Of a stretch of DNA of 64,000 nucleotides, positions 16,031 through 26,934 are shown piece by piece; position 1 is the stretch's first letter, and each line of letters opens with the position of its first letter. The notes under the pieces are model-generated. The model saw only the letters and a list, made by a program, of their open reading frames with translations, made no database searches and had not been told where the DNA came from. The position numbers and the translations under genes were made by a program. This stretch comes from a virus. Location: IMG/VR virus record IMGVR_UViG_3300047160_020099, positions 1-64,000 of that record. The stretch is one strand, 5' to 3'.

Positions 16031-18800
16031 GCGATTGCGATCACTCTCTTTCGGGCACGGTCTCGTAAAGGTAGCTGATTTGGGTGGATCGCCCGATCAG
16101 ACTTTTGAGGCCGCGTTTTCGAATTTATCGCATGCGTATCTGAAAGATAAAGCGCCTAAACTACTCGACTATGAGTTGGGCTTCCAGCTCATTGACAAGA
16201 ACGAGGAGAACACCAAAGCTGTTGGTGTCTTCGGCTTCAAGCTTGGCTCTCAATACCTCTACGCGCCTGTCTTCTTCCTCAATGGTGAGCTCAAAGGTCA
16301 CGAACTGCTCTATATCAAGAACCAGGATCTGTTCGTGCCTCTGAAGGACAACTGGGTGAACTATCTGCTCGGTCGTCGTCCGTCTGTTCTCGGCGAAGGC
16401 ATGAATCGCAATTTGTCGCTCGTCGGCGTGATGCCACCCAACCTCTATCAGCTCTCTCGCTCCCCGAACAAGTTTGCTTCTGTCACAAAGTATTACTGTC
16501 CGAAGTGTGGCTGTGATGAACACGGCAAGAAGTGCGAGCATTGTGGTTGTGCTACTGTCGAACGCACCAAGATGGCTTCCTGGGTTCACGAGGTCATGCC
16601 AGACCTGGCATACTTCGCTACACAGGACGTGGCCACCGAGCCAAAGTATGCCGGCCTGAAGACCTTCCCCGAGTTCTTGAAGGAAGCCGGGGAAACGGCG
16701 TTCCGTTTTCTGGTCGAGAAGGTCGGCAGCGAATACCCGACCGTCTTGCGTGCGGTCGATACATTATACGGCCCGGACATGCTGACAAAGCTGGCCCAGC
16801 AACTTGCTGCACAGAGACAGGCTGCTGCTCCGACCAACTCCATCCTCAAGCAAGGCACACTGGCCATGGCCGGCGAGACACCTCCCGGCTGGAACGGCGG
16901 TTTCCAGAATCCCTCGGTCGAGAATGGCGGCCGGCTAAGCACCGGGCGTGAAGCCTGGGATAGCTCTCATGTTGGCCGTCGTCGCAGTGAAGCTCAGGTC
17001 GGCAGCCTGGATGACATGGGTGTCAAATCCGGCCACTATCCAGGCTGTGGCGCCAAGGCCGGCCACTACCCCGGTTGCGGTGCCAGAGGACCTGCCAAGC
17101 CCAAGGCTCCCACCAAGGTAACCCGTCCACGACCTGTCAAGCACGCCTCCATCATGAAGGTGGCCAAGCCAGTCGGCTCCGAGCACGTTTCGGAGATGAA
17201 GCCACGCAAGGTGAAGGTAGTTACACACGACGAAATCAACGACAAGAACCGTGCAGACCTTCTGCACAACCTGGACAAGGACGAACGCGAGCGTCTGCTC
17301 AAAGAGCGGATCGTGGTTAAGGACGATCGCGATGACAAGGAGGTCACGCTCGCTTATAACGTCCAGACGGAGATCAAGCTCCAGACTCCCGACCGAACAA
17401 ACATCTACCGCCTGCTGGTCAAGCCCGACACATTCAAGGACTGCCTCGTACTGTTCGGGCCGTATGACGAGACAGGCCGCAATACATTCTGCACCGTCGT
17501 TGACCTGGACACCAAGCGCTGGGTGAACATCCACCCGTCACGTATCTGGGCCGAGAGTGAGTATGACGACGAGGCCTGGCGGGAATGGTTCGACGGGCTG
17601 AAGAAGCTCGACTCGCCGCCCGACAAGGGCGACCTGTACCTTGTTCTCACTCCGTGGGGTCAGGGTACTTGCCCCTGTGAGCTGGTTGAGTCTTACGGGA
17701 GTGACGCGGCGGACACGGACCTGTACGACGTACGCTTCCGCAGCTATGCCGACATTAGCCAGCCGTTCTACCAGAACGACTACCCGCGTATGGTTCGTCC
17801 TTTCCGCGAAGGCGTCTGGAACGGCTCTCGTATTCGGCTGACGCATCAGCCTGGCAAGGCATTCAAGGTCACTGAAGGTGACGTCTGTGTGCCGGACGGC
17901 GCCCGCTACCTTGAGCTGAAGAAGGCCAAGCCCTCGAAGCCTGACTTCGACGCAGACTCGGACGACCATTCCCCGGAACCATCCGGCACGGAGCCCGAAC
18001 CCCTCCAGCTTGGCAACCTTGTTGACGTGCAGCTGGCTCTTGCCAATCAAACCAAGGCGCTACACCTTTATGCAGACGGCACCGACGTGACCTTCGATCG
18101 TGCCAAGAAGCTCAACAAGGTGGCTGCACTCAAGGAGCTGGTACTCACCTACAACCTTCGAGAAAAGGTTGCCCGACAGATTCTCGAAGAGGCAGAACGA
18201 CAAGGTCAGCTCTTCCGGCGTTCATACACCTGTCTGCTCAAGAAGGCCGCGCCCGGCAGTCCGATGGGCGACATGGTCTCTGGTGCGCCCAACTCGCCAC
18301 CCTTCCCCGAGCCAAACATCGGCTATGACCCGATGACGGGTTCGAACGTTCCCACCATGGGTGAGTCTGAGTTCAACGTCAAGGTGCCCGACATGTCGGC
18401 ATCCAAGACTGACCGCTCAATTTACTACCCGCTCAGTCCAGATGCTGCCTCCATGCAGGTGGCCCAGCGTGCCGCCCAGACCGGCCAGCGGGAAGTCTTC
18501 GATACGGCAATGCTCGGTTCCATGCTCAAGTCAGTCCGCCAGGACTCAATGGTCGAGAAGTATCTCGGCGACCTGACCAAGGGCATGGACCGACTGGGGC
18601 GTATCTTGTTCCTCTTCTACTGGCATGGCGAAGAGTTCGAGGAGCGCTACGGCAAGCAAGACATGCCTGAGCTCGAAGACGGCATCCGCAACGCCTTCGA
18701 GGGTGTCGGTGACATTCTCTGGAAGCTGAAGCAGAAGACGGTTGACCCGTATCCTGACGAGGGTACGGATGCCGACCTGTCTGAGATCGCCAACCAGTAA
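15987..18800 (+). CDS. Large putative virion (head-associated) protein
   Basis: 937 aa; many K-x-A motifs; Zn ribbon CPKC..CEHC; GHYPGCGA tandem repeat at 17031-17084; start uncertain. Confidence 0.65.
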   Translation: MQGSTDVLERNRLRERLRSLSFGHGLVKVADLGGSPDQTFEAAFSNLSHAYLKDKAPKLLDYELGFQLIDKNEENTKAVGVFGFKLGSQYLYAPVFFLNGELKGHELLYIKNQDLFVPLKDNWVNYLLGRRPSVLGEGMNRNLSLVGVMPPNLYQLSRSPNKFASVTKYYCPKCGCDEHGKKCEHCGCATVERTKMASWVHEVMPDLAYFATQDVATEPKYAGLKTFPEFLKEAGETAFRFLVEKVGSEYPTVLRAVDTLYGPDMLTKLAQQLAAQRQAAAPTNSILKQGTLAMAGETPPGWNGGFQNPSVENGGRLSTGREAWDSSHVGRRRSEAQVGSLDDMGVKSGHYPGCGAKAGHYPGCGARGPAKPKAPTKVTRPRPVKHASIMKVAKPVGSEHVSEMKPRKVKVVTHDEINDKNRADLLHNLDKDERERLLKERIVVKDDRDDKEVTLAYNVQTEIKLQTPDRTNIYRLLVKPDTFKDCLVLFGPYDETGRNTFCTVVDLDTKRWVNIHPSRIWAESEYDDEAWREWFDGLKKLDSPPDKGDLYLVLTPWGQGTCPCELVESYGSDAADTDLYDVRFRSYADISQPFYQNDYPRMVRPFREGVWNGSRIRLTHQPGKAFKVTEGDVCVPDGARYLELKKAKPSKPDFDADSDDHSPEPSGTEPEPLQLGNLVDVQLALANQTKALHLYADGTDVTFDRAKKLNKVAALKELVLTYNLREKVARQILEEAERQGQLFRRSYTCLLKKAAPGSPMGDMVSGAPNSPPFPEPNIGYDPMTGSNVPTMGESEFNVKVPDMSASKTDRSIYYPLSPDAASMQVAQRAAQTGQREVFDTAMLGSMLKSVRQDSMVEKYLGDLTKGMDRLGRILFLFYWHGEEFEERYGKQDMPELEDGIRNAFEGVGDILWKLKQKTVDPYPDEGTDADLSEIANQ

Positions 18801-18810
18801 GGGGTGAGCG

Positions 18811-19980
18811 ATGTTCCAGGTTTACGAACGGGTCTACAGCCTGTTGAAAGGCAATCCTATTTCGATTGCAGTCAACGGCGATGCATATCTATTGCAGATC
18901 CCGTTTATGCCGGTTGGCTTTCTGACCAAAGTCCTGGTAGAGCAAATCCAGGGTGCTAGTGTTACGTTCACTGTGGACGTATTTAACTCTAGCCTTGGCC
19001 TGACGCCTGGTGAAATCAGTGGTTTGGTGCTGCCGCCTAGCTGGAAGCAGTATCACATCCTGGATCAGCTGAGTGGAACTGCCGGAGGTCAGGTTAAGTC
19101 TTACGTCACAGCCGGTAATCCATATCGCAACCAGGACGGCCCTGATCCTGTTCGGTCAGGTGTTTCAGCCGCCGGCCTTGGTCCTGGCTTCACCAACGCT
19201 CAGCGGTTTATCTACGTACTACTGCAACCAGCAGTAGCCAGCCTTGCAGCACCGCCAGGTGCCAATACCGCTACGATCAGCCCACCGGTCCAGAATAGTC
19301 CAGCTGTTGCAGCTGGTGGTGGGACATGGGCCGGCACCGGGACTTACTATTACGCGATTACCGCAGTTACAGCGGCTGGCGAATCCACGATCTCGAATGA
19401 AAAGTCGGCCATCGTCACTGCCCTCACACAGACAGTTAACCTGTCCTGGACTGCGGTCGCGGGAGCCACAAGTTACAAGGTCTATCGAGCTACCTCGTCC
19501 GGTGCCGAAACTTCTGGCTCTACACTGATCACAACGATCGGTAGTGGTTCGACAGTCACCTATGCCGACACAGGCACTGCTGCCTCGGCTAGCCACGCTC
19601 CGACTTCCAATACTGCCGCAATCCCTGCTCCGACGGTCACTCCTACTGTGGCCGTAACAGGTGGTGGTACCACAGGTGGTCACCTGCCGCCCGGTGCTTA
19701 CTATCTCAAGTACACCTTCACCAACGCGGCTGGCGAAACAACCGTTTCCGCTGAATCTACCCAGTTCACTGTGGCAGCCGGCAATATCCCGCAGGTTACC
19801 TTGCCAGCACTGGAAGCCGGGGCAACGGGTATTTCCATTTACCTCACACCGGCTAATGGAGCTAGCGGCTCCGAAATATATTACACGTCGGGTGTGACGG
19901 TAACCGCCTTCAACATGGTCAACGCTGCTGGCTCGTCAATGTGGGAAGTGTCGGTCAACGCGTACGAAGATACCCGTTGA
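18811..19980 (+). CDS. Virion surface protein with two FN3/Ig-like modules
   Basis: YYYAITAVTAAGEST..VNLSWTAVAGATSYKVYR and GAYYLKYTFTNAAGETT modules. Confidence 0.7.
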   Translation: MFQVYERVYSLLKGNPISIAVNGDAYLLQIPFMPVGFLTKVLVEQIQGASVTFTVDVFNSSLGLTPGEISGLVLPPSWKQYHILDQLSGTAGGQVKSYVTAGNPYRNQDGPDPVRSGVSAAGLGPGFTNAQRFIYVLLQPAVASLAAPPGANTATISPPVQNSPAVAAGGGTWAGTGTYYYAITAVTAAGESTISNEKSAIVTALTQTVNLSWTAVAGATSYKVYRATSSGAETSGSTLITTIGSGSTVTYADTGTAASASHAPTSNTAAIPAPTVTPTVAVTGGGTTGGHLPPGAYYLKYTFTNAAGETTVSAESTQFTVAAGNIPQVTLPALEAGATGISIYLTPANGASGSEIYYTSGVTVTAFNMVNAAGSSMWEVSVNAYEDTR

Positions 19981-20004
19981 GTATTGCACTACTCGGGAAA
20001 CTCC

Positions 20005-20949
20005 ATGTTTGTCCCCCACGAGAATGACCCTTTTCGGCCTCCCGACTGGCGCTGGGAGCGAGCGAAGTGGCTGCGCGTACACGGCAAGTACTTGCGGAAG
20101 GATCGTGAGGACACGTTCGTCCGGGTAGCGATGGCCTACCAGACCGACGAGACAAGGGCCCGCAACGAGATCGATCGGGAAGCTCTGTCGTACAAGTACC
20201 CGGGCATCTTCAATGCTCGCCGGCTGCACGAGCGGCTGGACATTGATGCTCGCTGGCAGCTTGAAGGTTACCTTCTCGGCCGTGCGTCTGCCGAACAGAC
20301 AGCTGTATATACGGGCATCGACCCCGAGACCGTGATCTGGTACGAGCGGTTGTTCTACAACGTGCTGCCACACCTGGAACACGACACATACATTACGTCC
20401 GTAGTCATGGGCAGTAGCATTCATCACGGGCTCCTGGAGCGGGACTTCGCCCTACTCTGGAAGATGATTGGCTACGGACTCGGCCACGTGGTGCTGCGCG
20501 ATTGGATCAAGCCGATGGGTTCCCCGTTCGTGCGAGACCTGGACCAGGCGCCCGGTGCCGAGACTGCCGTCTTCGATGCCAAGCTACGCCGCAAGGCCAT
20601 CGTCGCAATTCATACCATCCCGGTCTATAACAACCAGGCCATTATCTTTGATGCCTGGCAACGGTCGCGAGAGCTGGCTCGACAGAGTGGCGGCCAGGAC
20701 GCTACCGCCATGATCGTTACCAACATCCAGGCGGCGCTTTGTGCGTTGCCGCTCGTCGTGGGCAAGCAGGGGGCAATGGATTTGCCCAAGCTGGCCCACT
20801 ATGATGAACAAAGCGTGGAACTGCGTGCCGGCGAGCAAATGCAGATTGCTTGTGGCCACGAGACTGAGGCTCATCGACAGGCACTCACCTGGAAGTTTCC
20901 AGAGACGGCAACTGCAACCACAGCCAACGGCTGCGGAGGTCAGGGATGA
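20005..20949 (+). CDS. Hypothetical protein
   Basis: ATG 20005; co-linear with the head module. Confidence 0.7.
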   Translation: MFVPHENDPFRPPDWRWERAKWLRVHGKYLRKDREDTFVRVAMAYQTDETRARNEIDREALSYKYPGIFNARRLHERLDIDARWQLEGYLLGRASAEQTAVYTGIDPETVIWYERLFYNVLPHLEHDTYITSVVMGSSIHHGLLERDFALLWKMIGYGLGHVVLRDWIKPMGSPFVRDLDQAPGAETAVFDAKLRRKAIVAIHTIPVYNNQAIIFDAWQRSRELARQSGGQDATAMIVTNIQAALCALPLVVGKQGAMDLPKLAHYDEQSVELRAGEQMQIACGHETEAHRQALTWKFPETATATTANGCGGQG

Positions 20950-22331
20950 CTAAGCGGATGACCAAGGAAGCTGAAGAGCGAATCGTCCGCGGCGTCGAGC
21001 AGGTGGTTGACCTGGTCGGCGATGGCTGGACTCCAAATGATGCCATCGTCAAGATCGCTCATGACGGGGAGTATACGCCCGGACACATCCGGCTCATGGT
21101 CCAGGCATACAACACTGGTCGTACGAACTACCAGCGAAAGACCCACGCCGACCTTTTCGAGAAGACAGCAGATTTCCCGTTAGCGGATGCGGCTGTCGTT
21201 CTCGAAGCTCTCTATCCCTCCACCGTCAAATCAGCTGCCATGCTCCACCGGGAGTCGTCGGTCTCTGACGATTACCTGTACCCGCCCGAGTCGCCAGGAC
21301 ACAAACTGGCCACAGTGCCACCATTGGTACAGCCAGTCTCGCCCTATCCTTGCGACCCTGATCGACGCGTCAAGAAGGCTTTCGCCTTACTGCGAGATCT
21401 TGACCGTGAACGGGACGAACGGCGTATGCTCGTATCGCACACACGGGACAAGCTAGCGGCGGCACTCGATGAGCTGGACCTGTATTTCAAGCAGGCCGGC
21501 CCGCCGATCGCTTTCAAGGCCGTACGCAATAACGCCTCGGCGCTGTGGGGTCGCCCGGCGGAGGTAGTACTGGACAAGGTGGCAGAGGCGAATCCACGCT
21601 TGCTGAAAACAGCGTCGTGGGACTCATACGGTGGCCGTGTTGACAGGACCAGGGAGCCGTATGTTCTTGTCGGCAAGTGTATCGAGCTGGCGCAGGAACA
21701 CCACAAGCTTGCACAGGACTACCAGGAGTTTGAGAAGGCAGCTGTTGAAGCTGCCGCCAGACTCCTGGGTGAGTTTCTGCCGGTGACCCACAAGGAGCCG
21801 TCGGTTCTGACTACCTCGATCATGGGCACGGAGAAGGCAGCTCTTTTGGGTTCCGGGATTCTGGATCCGATTAGTGCAGCTCCGTTTGCCGTCACTAGCG
21901 AGTTCACTCGTTCGGTAATGGACAAGATCAAACCGGACAGTGAGGACAAACTCAAGAGCAAGGCCCTGGCTGAACTCATGGACCCAGCCCACGAGGCTCG
22001 GCTTCGCAAGATACGGACCCAGGCGACTCTGCACAACCTGATGGCCAACGACGAATTCGTCAGTGCCGAGCATCCAGAACGGGTCGCTGAACTGTTCAAT
22101 AAGATCACGTCGCTGGCGCCGCGGGCCGCTGAACAACCTATCCTCATGCAGGCCTTGATGCGGCGTTATCTGGCCCAGGGACAGGTTGATCCGCACGACA
22201 TTGATCAGCTGGTCGGCATCGAGTACAAGCTCAAGCAGCGGGACCAGCCAATGGAGGATATACCGGCCTACCCCGGACTCCAGTTTGGGGGTAGCAAGCC
22301 ACCCAGGGCACAGAAGGAAGGGTTGACGTAA
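20946..22331 (+). CDS. Helical putative internal head protein
   Basis: 461 aa; about 11 K-x-A motifs; ATGA overlap with the upstream gene. Confidence 0.65.
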   Translation: MTKRMTKEAEERIVRGVEQVVDLVGDGWTPNDAIVKIAHDGEYTPGHIRLMVQAYNTGRTNYQRKTHADLFEKTADFPLADAAVVLEALYPSTVKSAAMLHRESSVSDDYLYPPESPGHKLATVPPLVQPVSPYPCDPDRRVKKAFALLRDLDRERDERRMLVSHTRDKLAAALDELDLYFKQAGPPIAFKAVRNNASALWGRPAEVVLDKVAEANPRLLKTASWDSYGGRVDRTREPYVLVGKCIELAQEHHKLAQDYQEFEKAAVEAAARLLGEFLPVTHKEPSVLTTSIMGTEKAALLGSGILDPISAAPFAVTSEFTRSVMDKIKPDSEDKLKSKALAELMDPAHEARLRKIRTQATLHNLMANDEFVSAEHPERVAELFNKITSLAPRAAEQPILMQALMRRYLAQGQVDPHDIDQLVGIEYKLKQRDQPMEDIPAYPGLQFGGSKPPRAQKEGLT

Positions 22332-23392
22332 TGACTCGACCGGCATGGCTCGATGGCACCTACGCAGACGCTATTCGCGTCGTCGCAGAGCGTGCGCTTT
22401 ACAGCCGGTCCGTCGGTGGGCTGGTCAAGAACGCTGGGTTCTTTTCGAACCCGGTGGACTCACCGGAACGTGTCGAGGCAGTTAACAAGGCACAAGCTGC
22501 ACGACAGGAGCTGGGCATTCTGGGTGCTGACGAGAAAGGACTGAATGCCGCTTTGAAGAACATGGCTGCCGGCAAGTCTTCTCCCGGCGGGACCAGGGAG
22601 AAGATGGAAGACGCGGTGCCTGGGGCGTACACTCAGTTTCGCTCACTCGTACCAAGCTTTGCGAGTGCCGGAACGGCTATGCAGCAAGGACGGTTTGGAC
22701 AGGCTGCCAAACAGTTCGATATTCTGGGCATAAAGAACCTTATCCCCTTCAGCGGTCACTTTAGTCCGCTGACGGCAGCCGCAGCTCTGGGTGCCCATCA
22801 GCTTGCCAGCCGCGGTCCGTCTAACGTGTTGCACGGCCTTGAGGACCTGATAAGGACCAACCGGTTTAGTAGCTATCTGCCGCAGGGTTTCCGGGACTGG
22901 CTACAGGAACGTCATCACGGACGCTTGGGTGAGTTCCTGCGGGGGCCATTGCCAGCAGGTGTAGACACAAGCCATTTGACAGAAGGGCAACACGTCACAT
23001 TAAGACAAGCACGTCAAGCAGCCACTCCTATGCGAGTGGGCGATTATGTTGATCCGTTTACCATGGAAACTACACGGGCGTTTGAGCCGCCTAACAGGGA
23101 TATCCCGGAGGTAACGCTAGGACGAAGCAGACGCCCAGGCCGCGAGGTACATCCACAAGATATCCCTGTACAGCTTGCAGAACGACTCCGTCGCAGCGTG
23201 CCGCGTGCCGAAGCAGCCGCTAAGGATGCTAAGTGGTATCAGATTGTGCGTAGACTAGGTGGCTGGGGGCCATCACTAGCGTTCTTCGCGCCACTAGCTG
23301 CCCGCGAATGGCTCGGTGCCGGCTATCGTTCCGGCCAGAAGCCCATCCGAGAGCTGGTCGAAGCCAACCGTGTTCTCAACAAAAAGAGGTAA
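22331..23392 (+). CDS. Hypothetical (putative virion) protein
   Basis: TAATG overlap; LVKNAGFF motif. Confidence 0.65.
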   Translation: MTRPAWLDGTYADAIRVVAERALYSRSVGGLVKNAGFFSNPVDSPERVEAVNKAQAARQELGILGADEKGLNAALKNMAAGKSSPGGTREKMEDAVPGAYTQFRSLVPSFASAGTAMQQGRFGQAAKQFDILGIKNLIPFSGHFSPLTAAAALGAHQLASRGPSNVLHGLEDLIRTNRFSSYLPQGFRDWLQERHHGRLGEFLRGPLPAGVDTSHLTEGQHVTLRQARQAATPMRVGDYVDPFTMETTRAFEPPNRDIPEVTLGRSRRPGREVHPQDIPVQLAERLRRSVPRAEAAAKDAKWYQIVRRLGGWGPSLAFFAPLAAREWLGAGYRSGQKPIRELVEANRVLNKKR

Positions 23393-23395
23393 GCC

Positions 23396-23578
23396 GTGGA
23401 CAAAGCCGGTAGTACGAAGATTCATGACATTCGGGAACTGGTCAGGGTCGCCAACGCAAGGAAGGAAACGCTGGTCGTCAACATGGACAGAGGCGATCAG
23501 AAGGCTGTCGTTGTGGTAGCCACCGGCAAACGAGCAACGTTGTTGCGGCGTCTTGCCGAGGAGTTTTCGGAGGTTTGA
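23396..23578 (+). CDS. Small hypothetical protein
   Basis: 60 aa; GAGGT RBS; fills the gap exactly. Confidence 0.5.
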   Translation: MDKAGSTKIHDIRELVRVANARKETLVVNMDRGDQKAVVVVATGKRATLLRRLAEEFSEV

Positions 23579-23581
23579 CCA

Positions 23582-25036
23582 ATGATGATCAAGGTGATGT
23601 CGGCTCAGGACCAGAGCAAGGTGCTCATGGGAGAGCCGGCCAACCGGTTGATCAAGATGGCTTCAGGCGGCTGGAGTGGCGAAGACTTCAGGGCGCTCGT
23701 GAAGCGCGCCGGACACCTTGTCGCCGACGCTGTGAAAGACGTGAAGTTCGAGAAGGGAGAGGTGCCGGTTCATTCGATCGCACTGGGTTCCGGGGAGTGG
23801 TACGGGCACAACCGCAACGGCGACTTCTTCAGCGAAGACGCCTGCCGCAAACACCACAAGACCTTCGAGAAGTACGCCCGCGCGTATCGCGACCACGAGA
23901 ACAAGGACCCTTCCAAGAGCTACGGCACCGTCAAGCTAGCCCTGTACAACGAGCCGATGCACCGCATCGAGCTGATCATTGGCTACAACGGCACCAAGGA
24001 AGCGGCCGAACGAAATGGCGGGCTGGTCGCTGACGAGGAGCTGAACCTTCTGAACAAGGGTTCGGACTTCGACACGTCAATGGCCTGTAAGGTTGCCTAT
24101 GACGTATGTAGCTGCTGTGGCAACAGAGCTCGCACTCGTGCTGACTACTGCAAAGGCACACACGAAGGCGGTCACTGCAAGGGCGGCGGACTCAAGAACA
24201 ACATGGGTACCGTTCTTGACGACGGTACCCAGGTCTATGCTGAAAATCCGCACCCCTTGTGGTTCGATAACTCCAAGGTCTGGCGACACGCTGATCGCAT
24301 TGCTGTTGCCGGCCTGCTCAAGTCTGCCGCGAGTATTCCAATACTTGGTGGTGCAGCCCTGGCCGAGTCACTTGGTGTGACCATGCCGTGGGAGGTTGCC
24401 ATGGCCGGCTATGAGACTGCTCCTTATGCGGTCCGTTTAGCTGTCAAACTTGCCAGCCACGAGCGGGCTTTGTCTCTGGTCAAGCCGCGAGACACGCTAG
24501 CCCTGGCTCTTGCTTATGCTCCAGCTTCCTGGACCAATCATGGCGGGACCATGCAGCAGGCCATCACGGCACTGGCTCATGAGAAGATTGCCCTGCCGCT
24601 TCGTGGTTTCCTGGAGTTGGTACTGAACGAGCCGGAGCGTGCCGCTATCAACCTTGCACCCACACAGGCTCGCTTGCCTGGTGTGTATACACGCATGCTC
24701 GAAGACGGCTCTGCGGAGAAGCTGGCGTACGACAATCCTTTCGCTGTTTCTCCACGACCAGCGCCACCTCGTGTCCGTGAATGGGCACACAAGCTGGCCG
24801 CTGATTACTCTTTGGACCGCGAACACTTGTTGAGGCGGGCAATGCGAGCAGGCATCTATCGCAGCAACCCTGAGTTGCTGGCGCTGCCACTCGTCAAGGA
24901 AGCTGGTGCGGCTGAAGAATTGGCCCGGCACTATGCCGCCTACAAGTTGGCCTTTCTGCACAGTCTGGCAGGTACAGACCCCTGTTTTGAGTTGACAAGC
25001 ACAATGGTCGTGCGGCAGAATTACGTACAGCAATGA
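23582..25036 (+). CDS. Prohead (capsid maturation) protease
   Basis: NRNGDFF, DHEN, TSMACKVAYDVCSCCGN and WFDNSKVWRHADRIA match the Zn-containing assemblin-type phage protease pattern; lies upstream of scaffold and MCP. Confidence 0.75.
   Translation: MMIKVMSAQDQSKVLMGEPANRLIKMASGGWSGEDFRALVKRAGHLVADAVKDVKFEKGEVPVHSIALGSGEWYGHNRNGDFFSEDACRKHHKTFEKYARAYRDHENKDPSKSYGTVKLALYNEPMHRIELIIGYNGTKEAAERNGGLVADEELNLLNKGSDFDTSMACKVAYDVCSCCGNRARTRADYCKGTHEGGHCKGGGLKNNMGTVLDDGTQVYAENPHPLWFDNSKVWRHADRIAVAGLLKSAASIPILGGAALAESLGVTMPWEVAMAGYETAPYAVRLAVKLASHERALSLVKPRDTLALALAYAPASWTNHGGTMQQAITALAHEKIALPLRGFLELVLNEPERAAINLAPTQARLPGVYTRMLEDGSAEKLAYDNPFAVSPRPAPPRVREWAHKLAADYSLDREHLLRRAMRAGIYRSNPELLALPLVKEAGAAEELARHYAAYKLAFLHSLAGTDPCFELTSTMVVRQNYVQQ
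24332..24345. promoter_or_regulatory. Palindrome copy 3 (intragenic)
   Basis: AGTATTCCAATACT. Confidence 0.7.
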
Positions 25037-25082
25037 ACCGTCGGCAGCACGACGCTAACGGTCGAGCCAAAGGAGTGGCACG

Positions 25083-26411
25083 ATGCCTTTTGCACCTGAA
25101 ACATCTGTCATCAGCCGGATCTCGAATCTTCTCAACGAGATCAACGGCGAGACAAAACAAGCCAGCAACAAGCGGGCTGACGACGGAACCGTGCTTGACC
25201 ATAGCGGCCAGGGTTCCAAGGACCCAGGCGGCTATCAAGGCCCGTCCAGTCATCCCAGCGCCAAGGTGGACTCCAACACCCAGGCCGCACCTATCGGCTC
25301 GCGGTTCCGCGAGAACCACTCCGACATGAAGGACCAGTTCGCCGTCGGCAACGTTGACCGTACATCGGCTGGCGGAGGCGGCGACCAGGATGCCAAGCAA
25401 ATCGAGCAAGGCACCGACCAGTCGTCCACCGGCCAAGAGCCCAAGGTCGAAGACCACTACAAGGGTCGTAAGGACGACCCGGGGACTACACATCCGGCGA
25501 ATGCCGAGGAAGTGGGTCCAAAGTACGGCTCGATGCATGTGGGCCAGTTGACCAAGATGGCCTATGACCGGATGAACGAGTGTCTGGCCGACATGGCCAA
25601 CGGCGTTTATCTCAACAAGCAAGGCTCTCAGCTGCCCACCTCCCGACCTCTCACCGAACAACAGAAGCAGGCCCAGGCCGCCGCACAGGCTGGCTATGAG
25701 CTTGCCGCGTCTGTCCCCAACTTCGAGTTGGAGAAGGCGGCTGCGGTCAACGGACTGATCGAGCACTGGATCAAGACGGCCGAGGAAGACGCTGACATCG
25801 TCGCCGATTTCCTCTACAAGTATGCGGCCGAGCGCGAGCGTGAGCTGCACAAGCAGGCTGACGACGTGATGCCGCCCATGCCGCCTGGTGGTGCTGCCGG
25901 TCCTGGTGGTGATCCAACGGGCGGTGGCGCTCCTCCGATGCTGCCTCCAGACGCTGCTGCCGGTCCTGGCGGTGGGCCTGGTGGTGGCCCTGGTCCTGAC
26001 ATGGGTGGTGGCCCTCCTCCTGGTGCTGACATGGGTGGTGGCCCTCCTGGTGGTGGCCCTGGCGGTGGTGGTGGTGAGGAAGAGGCTATCAACGAGCTTG
26101 CCAACGCTCTGCTTGAGCTTGGTGTATCGCCCGAGCAACTCATCGCTGCGATGCAGGGCGCTGGCGGTGGCGGTGGTGGTGAAGGTGGTGGCCCTCCAGG
26201 GCTGGAAGGCGGACCTCCCGGTGGCGAAAAGGCCGGCGCGGCCAGGATGGCTGCGGACGACCGGCACCTCTTCGTCACACTCATGCACAAGGTTGCCGCT
26301 CACAGTCGCACTGGCAGGATGCAAATCAAGGAAGCGCGACCGGGTACACCGTTGCGGGCGGAGCGCGACGAAATCAAGGGCTACATCCGCGATGTATGTG
26401 GTATCCGGTAA
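25083..26411 (+). CDS. Scaffold-like protein with Gly/Pro-rich tract
   Basis: AAGGAG RBS; low complexity, K-x-A rich; between protease and MCP. Confidence 0.65.
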   Translation: MPFAPETSVISRISNLLNEINGETKQASNKRADDGTVLDHSGQGSKDPGGYQGPSSHPSAKVDSNTQAAPIGSRFRENHSDMKDQFAVGNVDRTSAGGGGDQDAKQIEQGTDQSSTGQEPKVEDHYKGRKDDPGTTHPANAEEVGPKYGSMHVGQLTKMAYDRMNECLADMANGVYLNKQGSQLPTSRPLTEQQKQAQAAAQAGYELAASVPNFELEKAAAVNGLIEHWIKTAEEDADIVADFLYKYAAERERELHKQADDVMPPMPPGGAAGPGGDPTGGGAPPMLPPDAAAGPGGGPGGGPGPDMGGGPPPGADMGGGPPGGGPGGGGGEEEAINELANALLELGVSPEQLIAAMQGAGGGGGGEGGGPPGLEGGPPGGEKAGAARMAADDRHLFVTLMHKVAAHSRTGRMQIKEARPGTPLRAERDEIKGYIRDVCGIR

Positions 26412-26414
26412 GGC

Positions 26415-26428
26415 AGTATTCCAATACT
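26415..26428. promoter_or_regulatory. Palindrome copy 4
   Basis: C-AGTATTCCAATACT-G, intergenic. Confidence 0.8.
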
Positions 26429-26447
26429 GTGATCATGGAGGATTGAC

Positions 26448-26870
26448 ATGCCAGCTCCAACGTTCGAAGAGAAGGTGATTGACGCCTTCCAGCTCGCGGG
26501 TGCTGCTCTCGTCAAGTACGAGAAGATGGCAGAGGAAAAGAAGGCCGAGGACGAAAAGGTCGCTGCGGCCATTCCGACTGTCGTCGAAGCCTTGCTCCGC
26601 TTCAACCGCATCGACGCGACCGACAAGGAGGCTTGTGCCCGTGCATTGGCCAATCCTGTCGAAGTCCTGAACCTGATGAAGAAGCTTGCCGCCCATCGCA
26701 ATGCGACTGAGATCGCGTCGCTGGGTGAGCAGGTGGACGGTCAGGGCAACGCTGCAAACGGCCAGTCCAAGGAAGCTTCCGTCGAGAAGCGAGGCGGCTA
26801 CGTTGGTCGTGTGACCAGCGAGAAGCCTGAGTCCTGGCGGCGTTTCGAGGCCGGCCTCGGAATGCACTGA
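26448..26870 (+). CDS. Small scaffold/head assembly-like protein
   Basis: GGAGG RBS; EKMA, EKVA, KKLA and KEAS motifs. Confidence 0.65.
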   Translation: MPAPTFEEKVIDAFQLAGAALVKYEKMAEEKKAEDEKVAAAIPTVVEALLRFNRIDATDKEACARALANPVEVLNLMKKLAAHRNATEIASLGEQVDGQGNAANGQSKEASVEKRGGYVGRVTSEKPESWRRFEAGLGMH

Positions 26871-26934
26871 TCGAAATTGACAGGTCGGAGCCGTTTTGGT
26901 TGAATGTGGCAAGCCCGACTCATCGGAGAAGGTA

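Noticed and set aside
15987-18800. Portal or terminase assignment for the 937-aa ORF
   Set aside because: No portal pattern or terminase Walker/nuclease motifs recognised; left as a putative virion protein.
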